DNA from: Macrostomum hystrix | Taxonomy: Eukaryota > Animalia > Platyhelminthes | Length of the DNA stretch: 64,000 nt | Assembly (NCBI GenBank): GCA_950097015.1 | Contig: CATNEN010000002.1 | Location: forward strand, 7,750,001 to 7,814,000 | Direction of reading: 5' to 3' | Shown here: positions 38,109 to 50,363 of the stretch, piece by piece | Position numbering within the stretch: position 1 is the stretch's first letter | How the letters are laid out: the number at the start of each line of letters is the position of its first letter | Position numbers and translations under genes: made by a program | The notes under the pieces: model-generated | The model's database searches: none | Seen by the model: the letters and a program-made list of their open reading frames with translations, nothing else | What the model was told of the DNA's origin: nothing

Positions 38109-39199
38109 CTAACTGTCGTTAGGGCATATTGTGTTCTGGTTGACCATTTGGCCATTGCGAAAGACCGTCACAACGCGGACTCCTTCGTCCATCACCGTCC
38201 TTATCACCGTCTCGTTGCCGGAGGCGTCCACCTCAATCGACTCGCTGATTCCGTTCGAGCACGTGGCACAGTCGAACTCCTCGGCCCCGCCGCCGAACAC
38301 ATCCGCGTACACCAGAAACGGATCGCGGAACACGCCCCAGCCAAGGCTGTCCTGACTCAACGGCTGGCAGTTGGGGCTGAGTCGAGAGCTGTCGTAAATT
38401 GCTCGCCGGCTGGGTTCTGACAGCACCTGGTAGGCCTCGCTGAGCTTGCGAAACCGGAAGGCGGCCTCGTCTCTGTTGAGCACATTCTTGTCCGGGTGCC
38501 AACTGCCGGAGACGCGAGTGAGTCAGATTGAGTCATTGTCCGCCCGACCGATGCGGTTCTACCACATGACCAATTCATCCCTACCACATGACCAATTCAT
38601 CCCTACCGCATGACCAATTCATCCCTACCGCATGACCAATTCATCCCTACCGCATGACCAATTCATCCCTACCGCATGACCAATTCATCCCAACCTCATG
38701 ACCAATTCATCCCAACCTCATGACCAATTCATCCCTACCGCATGACCAATTCATCCCTACCGCATGACCAATTCATCCCAACCTCATGACCAATTCATCC
38801 CTACCGCATGACCAATTCATCCCAACCTCATGACCAATTCATCCCTACCGCATGACCAATTCATCCCTACCGCATGACCAATTCATCCCTACCGCATGAC
38901 CAATTCATCCCTAACCACTTTACCTATGTATATCTGCCAAATGACCGATGCGCCTCTTCCATATGAAAAAATCATCTCTACCACATGACCAACTCATCCC
39001 TGACGAACGCATGACCAATTTAGCTTGCAGTTTGTGATACCGCATGACCGATGCAAACCTACCACAAGACCACAACTGTTCCAAAACGGTCTGGATACTA
39101 AATCACTCACATGAGCGCCAGTCGCATGTAGGCCTGTTTTATCTCCTGCTGAGAAGCTGTTGAAGGCACCGACAAAATTGCGTAGAAGTCCTCAGCCAT
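38109..39199 (-). CDS. Small DnaJ/Hsp40 class B protein (DNAJB6/B8-like), ~160 aa
   Basis: Exon 1 39111-39199 (MAEDFYAILSVPSTASQQEIKQAYMRLAL; an in-frame ATG also at 39208) and exon 2 38109-38502 (WHPDKN...FRKLSEAYQVLSEPSRRAIYD...FRDPF). Intact HPD motif; GT-AG intron 38503-39110. Confidence 0.88.
38563..38915. repeat. 22-bp minisatellite (catgaccaattcatccctaccg)
   Basis: Inside the DnaJ intron. Confidence 0.9.
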
Positions 39200-39583
39200 T
39201 ATTTTCATTTGGTCTTCAATCAAGGAAAGTGCGAAATTGCCCGCTTTTTTTCAAGGACTTCTATACATAGGACCTAGATCTACATCCAGCCCAGCTTGCC
39301 TGCTGTTCACTTTCTGAAGCGTTTTGGCCATAGACGATTCTATTCTTACACAGCTTTCAAAAAAAGCATTTATAAATGCAAACGTTTCTGATGCACTACT
39401 AGCAGTGGCTCCTGCTTCGATTCCAAAAACTGTTCCTGCTGTGGTTTAGGCAGTGGCTCCTGCTTCGATTCCAAAAACTGTTCCTGCTGTGGTTTAGGCA
39501 GTGGTTCCTGCTGCGATTCCATTAGTAGCTACTGCTGCGATTCCAGTAGTAGCTACTGCTGCGATTCCAGTAGTAGCTTAGCT

Positions 39584-39781
39584 TAAGCTGCGATTCCAGC
39601 TGTCGTTCCTGCTGCGATTCTATTAGTAGCTCTATTAGTAACGATTGCGTTGCTTCCGCGCTTCAACGCGTCGTCATACTGCTTCCGCAGCTCCGTGTCG
39701 TAGAGCACTTAAAAGGCTTCACTGATTCTCTGAAACTGCTTTTCCGCCTTTGCGTACTTTGGATTGTTTTCCGGGTGCCAC
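39584..39781 (-). pseudogene. Degenerate duplicate of a J-domain exon (HPE instead of HPD, in-frame stop)
   Basis: After the acceptor ...tttgcag the frame reads WHPENNPKYAKAEKQFQRISEAF*VLYDTELRKQYDD. J-domain helix III/IV homology continues past TAA (39709-39711). Same exon phase as exon 2 of the neighbouring DnaJ. Confidence 0.7.
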
Positions 39782-39867
39782 CTGCAAACGAACCGTGGCA
39801 AGATTTGACAGACCCAAATAAGAAATTTGACTCTTATCCTCACGTTAGAGTCCCACCACCTCCTCCA

Positions 39868-40090
39868 GTACCAATGACTAGCCAGAATCGTACCAATGAC
39901 TAGCCAGAATCGTACCAATGACTAGCCAGAATCGTACCAATGACTAGCCAGAATCGTACCAATGACTAGCCAGAATCGTACCAATGACTAGCCAGAATCG
40001 TACCAATGACTAGCCAGAATCGTACCAATGACTAGCCAGAATCGTACCAATGACTAGCCAGAATCGTACCAATGACTAGCCAGAATCGTT
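39868..40090. repeat. 22-bp minisatellite (gtaccaatgactagccagaatc)
   Basis: About 10 near-perfect copies between DnaJ and GH3. Confidence 0.92.
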
Positions 40091-40545
40091 AAACTATGCG
40101 AAATTTTCTGTCCTTTCAGCAAGTCCGTTTCATTTTACCCAGCAATACAATCGATAAATGTCCACGGACTGAATAGCCGTACGTGCGACCTAATTGGACT
40201 AGTAGAAATATTGATTCTGTTGCCTTACTTAACAAAATAAAAGTTAGTTTAACTACGAGCTATAAAAGCACAATATTTCGAGGCAATTGCGTGTTTTAGC
40301 GCCGTGAATGCAGCCAATGTGATACAAATTGCTGGCATGTGGGACGGTACTGGTCATGCCACACACAGGTGTGCAGGGTAAATTGTACACAAGAACTAGA
40401 GACACATTCTAGGCAGGTAGGTACAGAATTCTATAGAGATAAGTCGCGAGTGTGGACTATGGCCTCTACATTTTGATTTTTTAACTTGAAAAACAGAAAA
40501 AACGTATTGCTTTTTTTATTTACTTCGCAGAAGTCATTGCCAAGA

Positions 40546-40582
40546 ATGACAAGTTTAAACACCCTACTGCGAACTCCATTGG

Positions 40583-40613
<31 letters not shown>

Positions 40614-43600
40614 AGAGCTTGCCGCCGGTCAAGTGAACCAGGATTTCCCGTTTCGCAATGTGAGCTTGTCATGGGCCGATCGAGCCGACGATCTTGTGGG
40701 CAGGTTGACTGCTCAGGTGAGATGTGGGCAGGTTGACTGCTCAGGTGAGATGTGGGCAGGTTGACTGCTCAGGTGAGATGTGGGCAGGTTGACTGCTCAG
40801 GTGAGATGTGGGCAGGTTGACTGCTCAGGTGAGATGACAACGACAAAAATTGATCTTTATTGGGAAGAAAGAATGGGAGAGATGAGGGGAGAATTGGAGA
40901 GAAGAGGAGGGGAGAATGGGAGAGATGAGGGGAGAATTGGAGAGAAGAGGAGGAGAGAATGGGAGAGATGAGGGGAGAATTGGAGAGAAGAGGAGGGGTG
41001 AATGGGAGAGATGAGGGGAGAATAGGAGTGAAGCGGAGGGGGAATGGGGAGAAGAGGGAGAGAAGAGGGAGAGAATGGGAGAGAACAGGGGGGGAGAATG
41101 GGAGAGAAGAGGAGGGGAGGATGGGAGAGAAGAGGAGGGGAGAATGGGAGAGAAGAGGAGGGGAGAATGGGAGAGAAGAGGAGGGGAGAATGGGAGAGAA
41201 GAGGAGGGGAGGATGGGAGAGAAGAGGAGGGGAGAATGGGAGAGAAGAGGAGGGGAGAATGTGAGAGAAGAGGAGGGGAGAATGGGATAGAAGAGAGGGG
41301 TTTGAGACAAATCAAAAGTGGGAGCAAATTGAAGCCACTAAAATCCTCATAAATATCCCCAAAGCCGTGAAACACCCGCCCGCAGGAGCTGGTGCAGCAG
41401 CTGGCCAAAGGCGGTGTCGGCCCATTCGGAGGCCCGGCGCCTGCCATCCCGCGGCTCGGGATCGGAGCCTACCAGTGGAACACGGAGTGCCTGCGCGGCG
41501 CTGTCAAATCCGGCCCGGCCACGTCGTTTCCGCAGGCGGTCGGCCTGGCGGCCACCTTCGACCCGGAGCTGCTGGGCCGCGTCGGGCGCGCCACCGGCTT
41601 CGAGGTCCGGGCCAAGCACAATGACTTCGTGGCCAGAGGCGACTTTGCCGATCACACCGGCCTGACCTGCTTTGCGCCAGTCATCAACATCCTGACGCAC
41701 CCGCTCTGGGGCCGCAACCAGGAGACTTACGGCGAGGACCCCTTCCTCAGCGGCATTTTGGGTGCCGCCTACGTGCGCGGCCTGCAGGTATGCGAGCTCT
41801 ACTTCTAAACTCAGAACCCTGCAGGGACTTCTAAACTCAGAACCCTGCAGGGACTTCTAAACTCAGAACCCTGCAGGGACTTCTAAACTCAGAACCCTGC
41901 AGGGACTTCTAAACTCAGAACCCTGCAGGGACTTCTAAACTCAGAACCCTGCAGGGACTTCTAAACTCAGAACCCTGCAGGGACTTCTAAACTCAGAATC
42001 TGGGATTTCTAACCTTTCCGAGTCTTATCGTACCATTCTACTACTCCATCCCAAATCCCACAAGGGCAACTCGACTGATCGTTACCTGCTGACGGGCGCG
42101 GGCTGCAAGCACTTCGCGGCCTACAACGGCCCTGACAGCTACCCGGAGTCCCGCTTCGGCTTCAACGCCGTCGTCTGCCAGCAGGACCTGGAGCAGACTT
42201 TCCTGCCGCAGTTTCGACGCTGCGTGGAGGCCGGCAGCGTCAGCGTGATGTGCAGCTACAACGCCATCAACGGTGTGCCTGCCTGCGCCAACGAGGAGCT
42301 GCTGCGCGGCGTCCTTCGCGACCGCTGGAACTTCACCGGCTACGTTGTCAGCGACGCCGGAGCCCTGGAGTTTGCCATCTTGTTCCACCGATACTTCACC
42401 GACAGACTGGTGGGCACCGCCTTCTCACCATTCTCATCTTCACACGGTTCTCATCCTTCTCAACGTTCTCATCCTTCTCAACATTCTCATCATTCTCACC
42501 ATTCTCATCCTTCTCAATATTCTCACCATTCTCACCATTCTCACCATTCTCACTATTCTCACCATTCTCACTATTCTCACCATTCTCACTATTCTCACCA
42601 TTCTCACTATTCTCACCATTCTCACTATTCTCACCATTCTCACTATTCTTACCATTCTCACTATTCTCACCATTCTCATCTCCACACGGTTCTCATCCTT
42701 CTCAACATTCCCACCATTCTCATCCTTGTCACCATTCTCAAGATTCTCACCATTCTCAACATTCTCACCATTCTCATCCTTCTCACCATTCTCATCCTTA
42801 TCACCATTCTCAACATTCTCACCATTCTCAACATTCTTACCATCCTCATCCTTCTCACCATCCTCATCCTTCTCATGGTTGTCGTCCTACTCACGATTCT
42901 CTCAAGTCGCACCCACCCCGACTCCACAGAGCTCAGCCATCGGCTCACTGAAGGCTGGCGTCAACCTGGAGCTCTCCGCCTGCCCCTACGAGTCCTGCGT
43001 GGTGTTTGAGCAGCTCTCAACAGCCCTGTCGGCCGGCAGCGTCTCGGAGGAGGAGCTGCGGGCCGCCGCATGGCCTCTGTTCCTCACCCGCCTGCGCTTG
43101 GGAGAATTCGACCCGCCGTCGTTAAATCCCTACTCGGGCCTGCTGCCCGCCCAGTTCGTCCAGTCGGCGAGCCACCAGGCGCTGAGCCTGACTGCCGCCG
43201 AGGCGTCACTCGTGCTGTTGAAGAATGCCGACGGATTCCTGCCGGCTGGCCTCACAAAGTCGGGACTTCGAATCGGCCTGGTCGGTCCGCTGTCCGACGA
43301 CATGTCACTGGTGTACGGCGATTATTCGCCGGATCGGATGCCGCAGTTTGAGCAGCCGCTGCTGCGGGCGCTAAGGGCCAGATTCGGCGCCGACAGGGTC
43401 AGGTGAGGATCGATGGAGCGAAATCCCAAACCCCCTACCTTAAGAGGGTGAGTGGCAGAGCTGTTAACACGTTTGCGATTGGCAGAGTGGCAGATCGTTA
43501 CTCTGCCTGACGATGATAAAGTGCCTGCGTACAGTATCTGAGTGCGTATGTGCTAACCCCTTTCCTCCGTCCCCCCTTCCGCAGCCACGCAACCTTCTGC

Positions 43601-44732
43601 ACAGACGGCGGCGTCTACTGCACTCGCCAAGACCCGTCTGCGCTGGCCAAGCTGATCTCCATCAGCGACGTCCTGCTCGCCGTTGTCGGCACCAGCGTCG
43701 ATATTGAGACGGAGGCTCTGGATCGGCGGCAGCTCGGCCTGCCCGATGGTCAGCGTGACCTCCTCCGCCTGCTGGCCGCCAGCGGACGGCCGGTCCTGGT
43801 GGCGGTGGTTTCGGGCGCGCCAGTCGGACTCGACGAGACCGTCGGCAACTCGAGCGTCCGAGCCGTGGTCTGGTGCGGCTACCCGGCGCAGAACTTCGGG
43901 CAGGTCAGATTTCGCGGAGGGCTGGTTCTGAAATTTCGGAATTCATTGAAGTATTTTGTCCAACCGTCCTGCCTCTGCGACATTCGCAGGCGCTCGTCAA
44001 CCTGCTGACCGGCCGATTCTCGCCGTCGGCCGCGCTGCCCTTCACCTGGCCGTCTGAGCTGGCTCAGCTGCCCAGCATCACCGACTACGACCTGGCGCGG
44101 GGCCGTCAAACCTACCGCTTCGCGGACCCCATCGGCGGGACGCCGCCGCCTCTTTACCGCTTCGGCCAGGTAAACACTCATGCTGAAGGGCTGCAGGCAA
44201 TGGCACATCATTTGGCGACACTTGACCCGCAGCCAGCGAGGAGCCGATTTTGCCCATTCCGCTGACTCCTGAGCACACACGCACACAGATACTGTACGCA
44301 GAAACTATGAAAATGCTAGTCTCAATTCTCGATTCTCAGGGCCTCTCTTACTGCCGCTTCGCCCTGAGCCGCCTGACTGCCCCGGACAGCCTCGTCCTCG
44401 GCCGGGACCTCCAGCTCAGCCTGCGAGTGGCCGCCAACGGCACCTCCAGCATCACCGACTGTCCGATCGTGCTCAAAGCCTACCTGACTCCGCCGGCTGG
44501 GGTGGGCCGAAATCCCAGCATCTGGCTGGCCAGCATCAGCAAGATCAGTCTGCCCAGCGACTCCGCCGCCACCGTGGGCATGACGATCCTGTCCAGAGAC
44601 ATGCAACTGTGGGACGGCAGCGCCGGCCTCATGCGACAGCTTCCGGGCACTTACGGACTGCTGGTGGGCGACTATTTCGACCAGCGGTGCACTGACTGTA
44701 GAGTGCGTGCGAATTTTACAGTTTTTGCGTGA
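40546..44732 (+). CDS. Secreted glycoside hydrolase family 3 (beta-D-xylosidase/beta-glucosidase-like), ~760 aa
   Basis: Exons 40546-40716, 41386-41787, 42065-42409, 42930-43402, 43585-43903, 43990-44169, 44340-44732 (2283 nt, in frame). Poly-Leu signal peptide, FPFRNVSL, ATSFPQAVGLAATFD, WGRNQETYGEDP, CKHF, SVMCSYNAINGVPAC, nucleophile motif GYVVSD, LLKN, LPFTWP, YRFGQGLSY. Confidence 0.93.
40694..40836. repeat. 28-bp repeat spanning the GH3 exon 1 / intron 1 junction
   Basis: (gtgggcaggttgactgctcag|gtgagat) x5; donor-like GT at 40717, 40745, 40773, 40801, 40829. Confidence 0.9.
40860..41300. repeat. Polypurine repeat (gggagagaagaggaggggagaat)n
   Basis: GH3 intron 1. Confidence 0.88.
41800..42000. 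repeat. 26-bp minisatellite (acttctaaactcagaaccctgcaggg)
   Basis: GH3 intron 2, starting ~12 nt after the donor. Confidence 0.9.
42420..42905. repeat. 9/18-bp repeat (ttctcacca/ttctcacta)
   Basis: Fills GH3 intron 3. Confidence 0.88.
43446..43555 (+). mobile_element. Internally deleted SINE copy G
   Basis: gagtggcagagctgttaacacg head joined to ctgcctgacgatga body; GH3 intron 4. Confidence 0.6.
44185..44300 (-). mobile_element. SINE 3' half (copy H)
   Basis: Reverse complement of gtgctcaggagtcagcggaatgggc..ctcctcgctggctgcgggtc..gtgccattgcctgcagccc; GH3 intron 6. Confidence 0.75.
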
Positions 44733-44829
44733 TTCCATCATTTGCCTGTGAACTTTAGGAGCCTCATAACTGGTTCCAGGATGATAAGCTATAAGTACGG
44801 GCGAACTTTTATCATTTGTGGCATGATTC

Positions 44830-45245
44830 TCTCCATCATGAGTGCGAGCTTTACCGCGGTCGTGTGATTTGCTCCGTCATGAGTGCGTGCGAACTTTACC
44901 GCGGTCGCGTGATTCGCTCCGTCATGAGTGCGTGCGAACTTTACCGCGGTCGCGTGATTTGCTCCGTCATGAGTGCGTGCGAACTTTACCGCGGTCGCGT
45001 GATTTGCTCCGTCATGAGTGCGTGCGAACTTTACCGCGGTCGCGTGATTTGCTCCGTCATGAATGCGTGCGAACTTTACCGCGGTCGCGTGATTTTCTCC
45101 GTCATGAGTGCGTGCGAACTTTACCGCGGTCGCGTGATTTTCTCCGTCATGAGTGCGTGCGAACTTTACCGCGGTCGCGTGATTCGCTCCGTCATGAGTG
45201 CGTGCGAACTTTACCGCGGTCGCGTGATTTGCTCCGTCATGGGTG
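44830..45245. repeat. 45-bp minisatellite
   Basis: gagtgcgtgcgaactttaccgcggtcgcgtgatttgctccgtcat, about 9 copies 3' of GH3; ACCGCGGT core. Confidence 0.92.
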
Positions 45246-45562
45246 CGGGAAAACTGTAGTGAAATTTTTTTCTTTGATTTTTTAAGCCTGCAAGCGCGTG
45301 AGTTCAAGGGTTGCTTAGAGGCGTTCAAACGCCTTTCCCTTTTGCTGGTTCGAGCTATGATCGCCAAGCCAGTTTTGTTTTTACATGTTTCGCTTCTCAT
45401 TTGTGTCGTATTCTGTGTTGCTTAAGTAGACTTTAATAAAAAAAATTCAATTTTTATCTAACATTTTAATCGAAAATTATTTTTATAATTACGATTATGA
45501 GTTGCTTTTCAGTATCTTAAACCCGGTCGGGACTTATAACCTTAGTTCCTATATACTCGTAG

Positions 45563-45910
45563 CTTCATGACCAAGTTCATGCTGAGAATCATGACCTAGT
45601 TCATGCTGAGAATCATGACCAAGTTCATGCTGAGAATCATGACCAAGTTCATGCTGAGAATCATGACCAAGTTCATGCTGAGAATCATGACCAAGTTCAT
45701 GCTGAGAATCATGACCAAGTTCATGCTGAGAATCATGACCAAGTTCATGCTGAGAATCATGACCAAGTTCATGCTGAGAATCATGACCAAGTTCATGCTG
45801 AGAATCATGACCAAGTTCATGCTCAGAATCATGACAAAGCTCATGCTGAGAATCATGACCAAGTTGATGCTGAGAATCGTTACAATGTTCATGCTTAGAT
45901 TCATGACCAA
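45563..45910. repeat. 24-bp minisatellite (tcatgaccaagttcatgctgagaa)
   Basis: About 14 copies. Confidence 0.9.
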
Positions 45911-46269
45911 GTTCGTCTGACATGCCAAGACATGCAAAACTGGTCATGTCTATATATAGGTGCGTAAATGAAGCAACGCTTTTATGGAACTTATCTTCAT
46001 ACGCATGCGTGTTGCGTGGGCAGCCGAAACTGCTTTTAAGTTTCACGGTTTAAATTAACTTAATGTAAAGCTTATAGCTTGTTGTATCGAAAATGTGGAC
46101 TGACAACAGCATGTGGTGGTTGCCAATAGTTGGCATGGACTAATAAATGTTTTGCGAACCCCTTCTGATGGTTGCAGCAAATTTTTCTGAACACAATTCC
46201 GTTGCCCCAGCATCAAGATATTTGCTAGAATCGCAGTGCTAGGTGTGTGACGTCATTCGCAGCTTTATA

Positions 46270-47495
46270 ATCTCTGTACAGGAGATGGCATTTGGAGAAT
46301 CTCTCTGTACAGGAGATGGCATTTAGAGAATCTCTCTGTACAGAAGATGGGATTTGGAGAATTCTCTGTAGAGAAGATGGGATTTTAAGAATCTCTCTGT
46401 ACAGAAGATGGGATTTTAAGAATCTCTATGTACAGAAGATGGGATTTTAAGAATCTCTCTGTACAGAAGATGGGATTTTAAGAATCTCTCTGTACAGAAG
46501 ATGGGATTTGGAGAATTCTCTGTACAGAAGATGGGATTTTAAGAATCTCTCTGTACAGAAGATGGGATTTGGAGAATTCTCTGTACAGAAGATGGGATTT
46601 TAAGAATCTCTCTGTACAGAAGATGGGATTTTAAGAATCTCTCTGTACAGAAGATGGGATTTTAAGAATCTCTCTGTACAGAAGATGGGATTTTAAGAAT
46701 CTCTCTGTACAGAAGATGGGATTTGGAGAATTCTCTGTACAGAAGATGGGATTTTAAGAATCTCTCTGTACAGAAGATGGGATTTGGAGAATTCTCTGTA
46801 CAGAAGATGGGATTTTAAGAATCTCTCTGTACAGAAGATGGGATTTTAAGAATCTCTCTGTACAGAAGATGGGATTTTAAGAATCTCTCTGTACAGAAGA
46901 TGGGATTTTAAGAATCTCTCTGTACAGAAGATGGGATTTTAAGAATCTCTCTGTACAGAAGATGGGATTTTAAGAATCTCTCTGTACAGAAGATGGGATT
47001 TGGAGAATTCTCTGTACAGAAGATGGGATTTTAAGAATCTCTCTGTACAGAAGATGGGATTTGGAGAATTCTCTGTACAGAAGATGGGATTTTAAGAATC
47101 TCTCTGTACAGAAGATGGGATTTTAAGAATCTCTCTGTACAGAAGATGGGATTTTAAGAATCTCTATGTACAGAAGATGGGATTTTAAGAATCTCTCTGT
47201 ACAGAAGATGGGATTTTAAGAATCTCTCTGTACAGAAGATGGGATTTTAAGAATCTCTCTGTACAGAAGATGGGATTTTAAGAATCTCTCTGTACAGAAG
47301 ATGGGATTTTAAGAATCTCTCTGTACAGAAGATGGGATTTGGAGAATTCTCTGTACAGAAGATGGGATTTTAAGAATCTCTCTGTACAGAAGATGGGATT
47401 TTAAGAATCTCTCTGTACAGAAGATGGGATTTTAAGAATCTCTCTGTACAGAAGATGGGATTTTAAGATTCTCTCTGTACAGAAGATGGGATTTT
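46270..47495. repeat. 30/31-bp minisatellite (gaagatgggattttaagaatctctctgtaca)
   Basis: About 40 copies, two interleaved variants. Confidence 0.92.
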
Positions 47496-48039
47496 TTATT
47501 TATCCATCTATGAGTTTTCATTTATTCCTATTCATGACAACTAGGCTTTGAGACGACACGCTGACTGTTAAAGACTTTAATTTGATGATAAAAATTACTG
47601 ATGAGTTATTTATCAAGTCGAGAACTGGTTAATATTATTTTCTGGCTATTTTTTTTTCAAGGATTTTAGTTCAGGTGTTAATGTTAATGAGACCAGTGAA
47701 TTCGAAGAATAATTTATGCAAGCAATAAAACAACTCAATGTCTTCAAATGCGTTCGATGGTCGTTGCGAAATTGCGCTTTAACTAAATGGAATTTCTGCA
47801 GGTAGGTTTAATCATCTGAGTGAATCGAAATTCCTGTGTGCATTAGCAGGTGCATGGTTGGGCAATTGAGGGCAACAACAAAATTTAATTCCGCTCGTTT
47901 TTGTCTGACACATGCGCGCAAACCGGGTGACGTAGAGGCAGAGATAGCTGTAAGGGAGGGTCAGACGACAGGTGAGGTAGGGTTGGAAAGGGAAAGGGAT
48001 GGAGACAGGTGAAGTTAAAGTAGAGACAGGTGACGGAGG

Positions 48040-48900
48040 GTCACAGAAACATAGAGTGGGAAAGAGACAGATAAGGGAGGGGTAAAAGACAGATGAGGGA
48101 GGGAGGGATAAGAGACAGATAAGGGAGGGAGGGGTAAGAGACAGATAAGGGAGGGAGGGGTAAGAGACAGATAAGGTAGGGAGGGGTAAGAGACAGATAA
48201 GGTAGGGTAGGGAGGGGTAAGAGACAGATAAGGGAGGGAGGGGTGTGAGAGACAGATGAGGGAGGGAGGGGTGTAAGAGACAGATGAGGGCGGGGTGTAA
48301 GAGACAGATGAGGGAGGGAGGGGTGTGAGAGACAGATAAGGGAGGGAGGGGTGTAAGAGACAGATAAGGGAGGGAGGGGTGTGAGAGACAGATAAGGGAG
48401 GGAGGGGTGTAAGAGACAGATGAGGGAGGGAGGGGTATGAGAGACAGATAAGGGAGGGAGGAGTGTAAGAGACAGATTAGGGAGGGAGGGGTGTAAGAGA
48501 CAGATAAGGGAGGGAGAGGTAAGAGACAGATGAGGGAGGCGGGGTGTACGAGACAGATAAAGGGAGGGGTGTAAGAGACAGATAAGGGAGGGAGGGGTGT
48601 AAGAGACAGATGAGGGCGGGGTGTAAGAGACAGATAAGGGAGGGGTTTAAGAGACAGATAAGGGAGGGAGGGGTAAGAGACAGATAAGGGAGGGAGGGGT
48701 GTAAGAGACAGATAAGGGAGGGAGGGGTGTAAGAGACAGATAAGGGAGGGAGTGGTGTGAGAGACAGATGAGGGAGGGAGGGGTGTGAGAGACAGATAAG
48801 GGAGGGGTGTGAGAGACAGATAAGGGAGGGGTAAGAGACAGATAAGGGAGGGAAGGGTGTAAGAAACAGATGAGGGCGGGTGTAAGAGTCAGATAAGGTA
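48040..48900. repeat. Purine-rich ~28-bp minisatellite (gagacagataagggagggaggggtgtaa)
   Basis: About 30 variable copies. Confidence 0.88.
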
Positions 48901-50363
48901 GAAGCAGAGACAGGTAAGGTAAGCATAGACAGGTGTGGGAGGGGCAGAGACAGGAAATTTAATGGGAATGAATGAGTAATAGAGTGTGAGATGAGCAATG
49001 GGAGATGGTTAATGCAAATACTGAATTAGTGAGCTTATTAGTGCAGACCACTTGAGTTAATGATCAGATAAGCTTGCATTCACACAGACAATGGCCGAAT
49101 GGTGAAGCGAAACAATTAAGACACTGATTTGCTTTTGACCTATTAATTAAGTAAGCAAGATTTTATTTTGTTGCATTGAGCCTAAACCACATTTTCCCAT
49201 ACTGTTTGCATGTACACATGAAAGTGGGCCTTGCAGTTTGCAGTTCGCAAACGATGCAGGGGCAGCTGACAGATTCCATGCAATGCCATCTAATGATGGC
49301 CAACAGACCCGCGCAATACCAACTGTTTTTTTGTAAGCAAGCTTATCAGAAGAATTGCAGTCACTTAACAATTTCCTCTTTTGCATGCTAATGCACCGAG
49401 TCTAGTTCTTCCTAGGGCTGCCTGCTTAACATAGAGAAATTCAATGTAAAGACGAGACAAAATAGCTTCTTAATCTAGATTTTAACCCAGTTGTTTGACT
49501 TGTGCACAGACTTTTTGCTTGCTTTGACTTGGCTATACAGTAATACACGCAGCAATTTTAGTTATTCAAGAATGAAGTTTCCAATTGTATTTGACTTAAA
49601 AAAATTTCCGACAATATCTTATCTAGAGATAAGCGAGAATGTACATCTCCGATTCTGATTTAGTCATGAGGTCCTTGGTCCTTGGTAAGCTAACGGACAG
49701 CTGTGGTGTGTGGCGCCCACCACCCCGGCCCCCACCCCCTAATTCACACGCCCGCTGCGCCCAAACCCACTCTCGCTAATAAAAACTGACGATCGCCTCC
49801 GATTGGACGGAAGTCGGGCCACCCACCGCCCCACATTTTGGCGCCCGAGCGAAATAGTCTCTCTCCTCGATTAAAGGGGTGGGCCAGCCACCCAACGCAA
49901 TGCACACTCACCTCTCAATTTCAATTCTTTATCACTCATTTCAACAAAAGGGGAGGGCGGGCTTGACTATATTGGAAGGCATATTGGAAGGCCTACTAAA
50001 GCTGTTGGAAATTTGGACTCCCTTTTTGAACATTTGCGCTCTGCCTTGCGCCACACTGTGACTCAGCTGTGTCCCTGTCATATATTGGGCTTGCCTTGTC
50101 TGCTATTTCTTTCCTTAAAAGTTAATTTTTTCCTATTCTAGCCCCTACGCTAGTATTAGGCTCTTCAACTGTTTTAAAGCCGTTGTGCGAAACAGATACG
50201 AGGAAAGAAAAAACTTTCTGTTGCGTTCAGTTGTCGGTGCGTCAACGTCAGCAGTCAGTCGGTGCGACAGTCAAGCTTAAATTCTACAATTGTTATTGCC
50301 GCGATTGCCCTGACAGAGGAATAAAAGGTTAGTGTGCTGATATATGCTCTATTAACGTGCAAG

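Noticed and set aside
42224-43406. Long ORFs joining GH3 sequence to His/Ser- or Ile/Leu/Thr-rich repeats
   Set aside because: Read-through of intron 3 (42410-42929), which is filled by a 9/18-bp repeat; splicing restores the GH3 frame.
45549-46046. His-rich repeat protein (HELGHDSQ)n ORF
   Set aside because: The ORF arises from a 24-bp minisatellite, starts at TTG, has no splice or signal context, and other frames are equally open.
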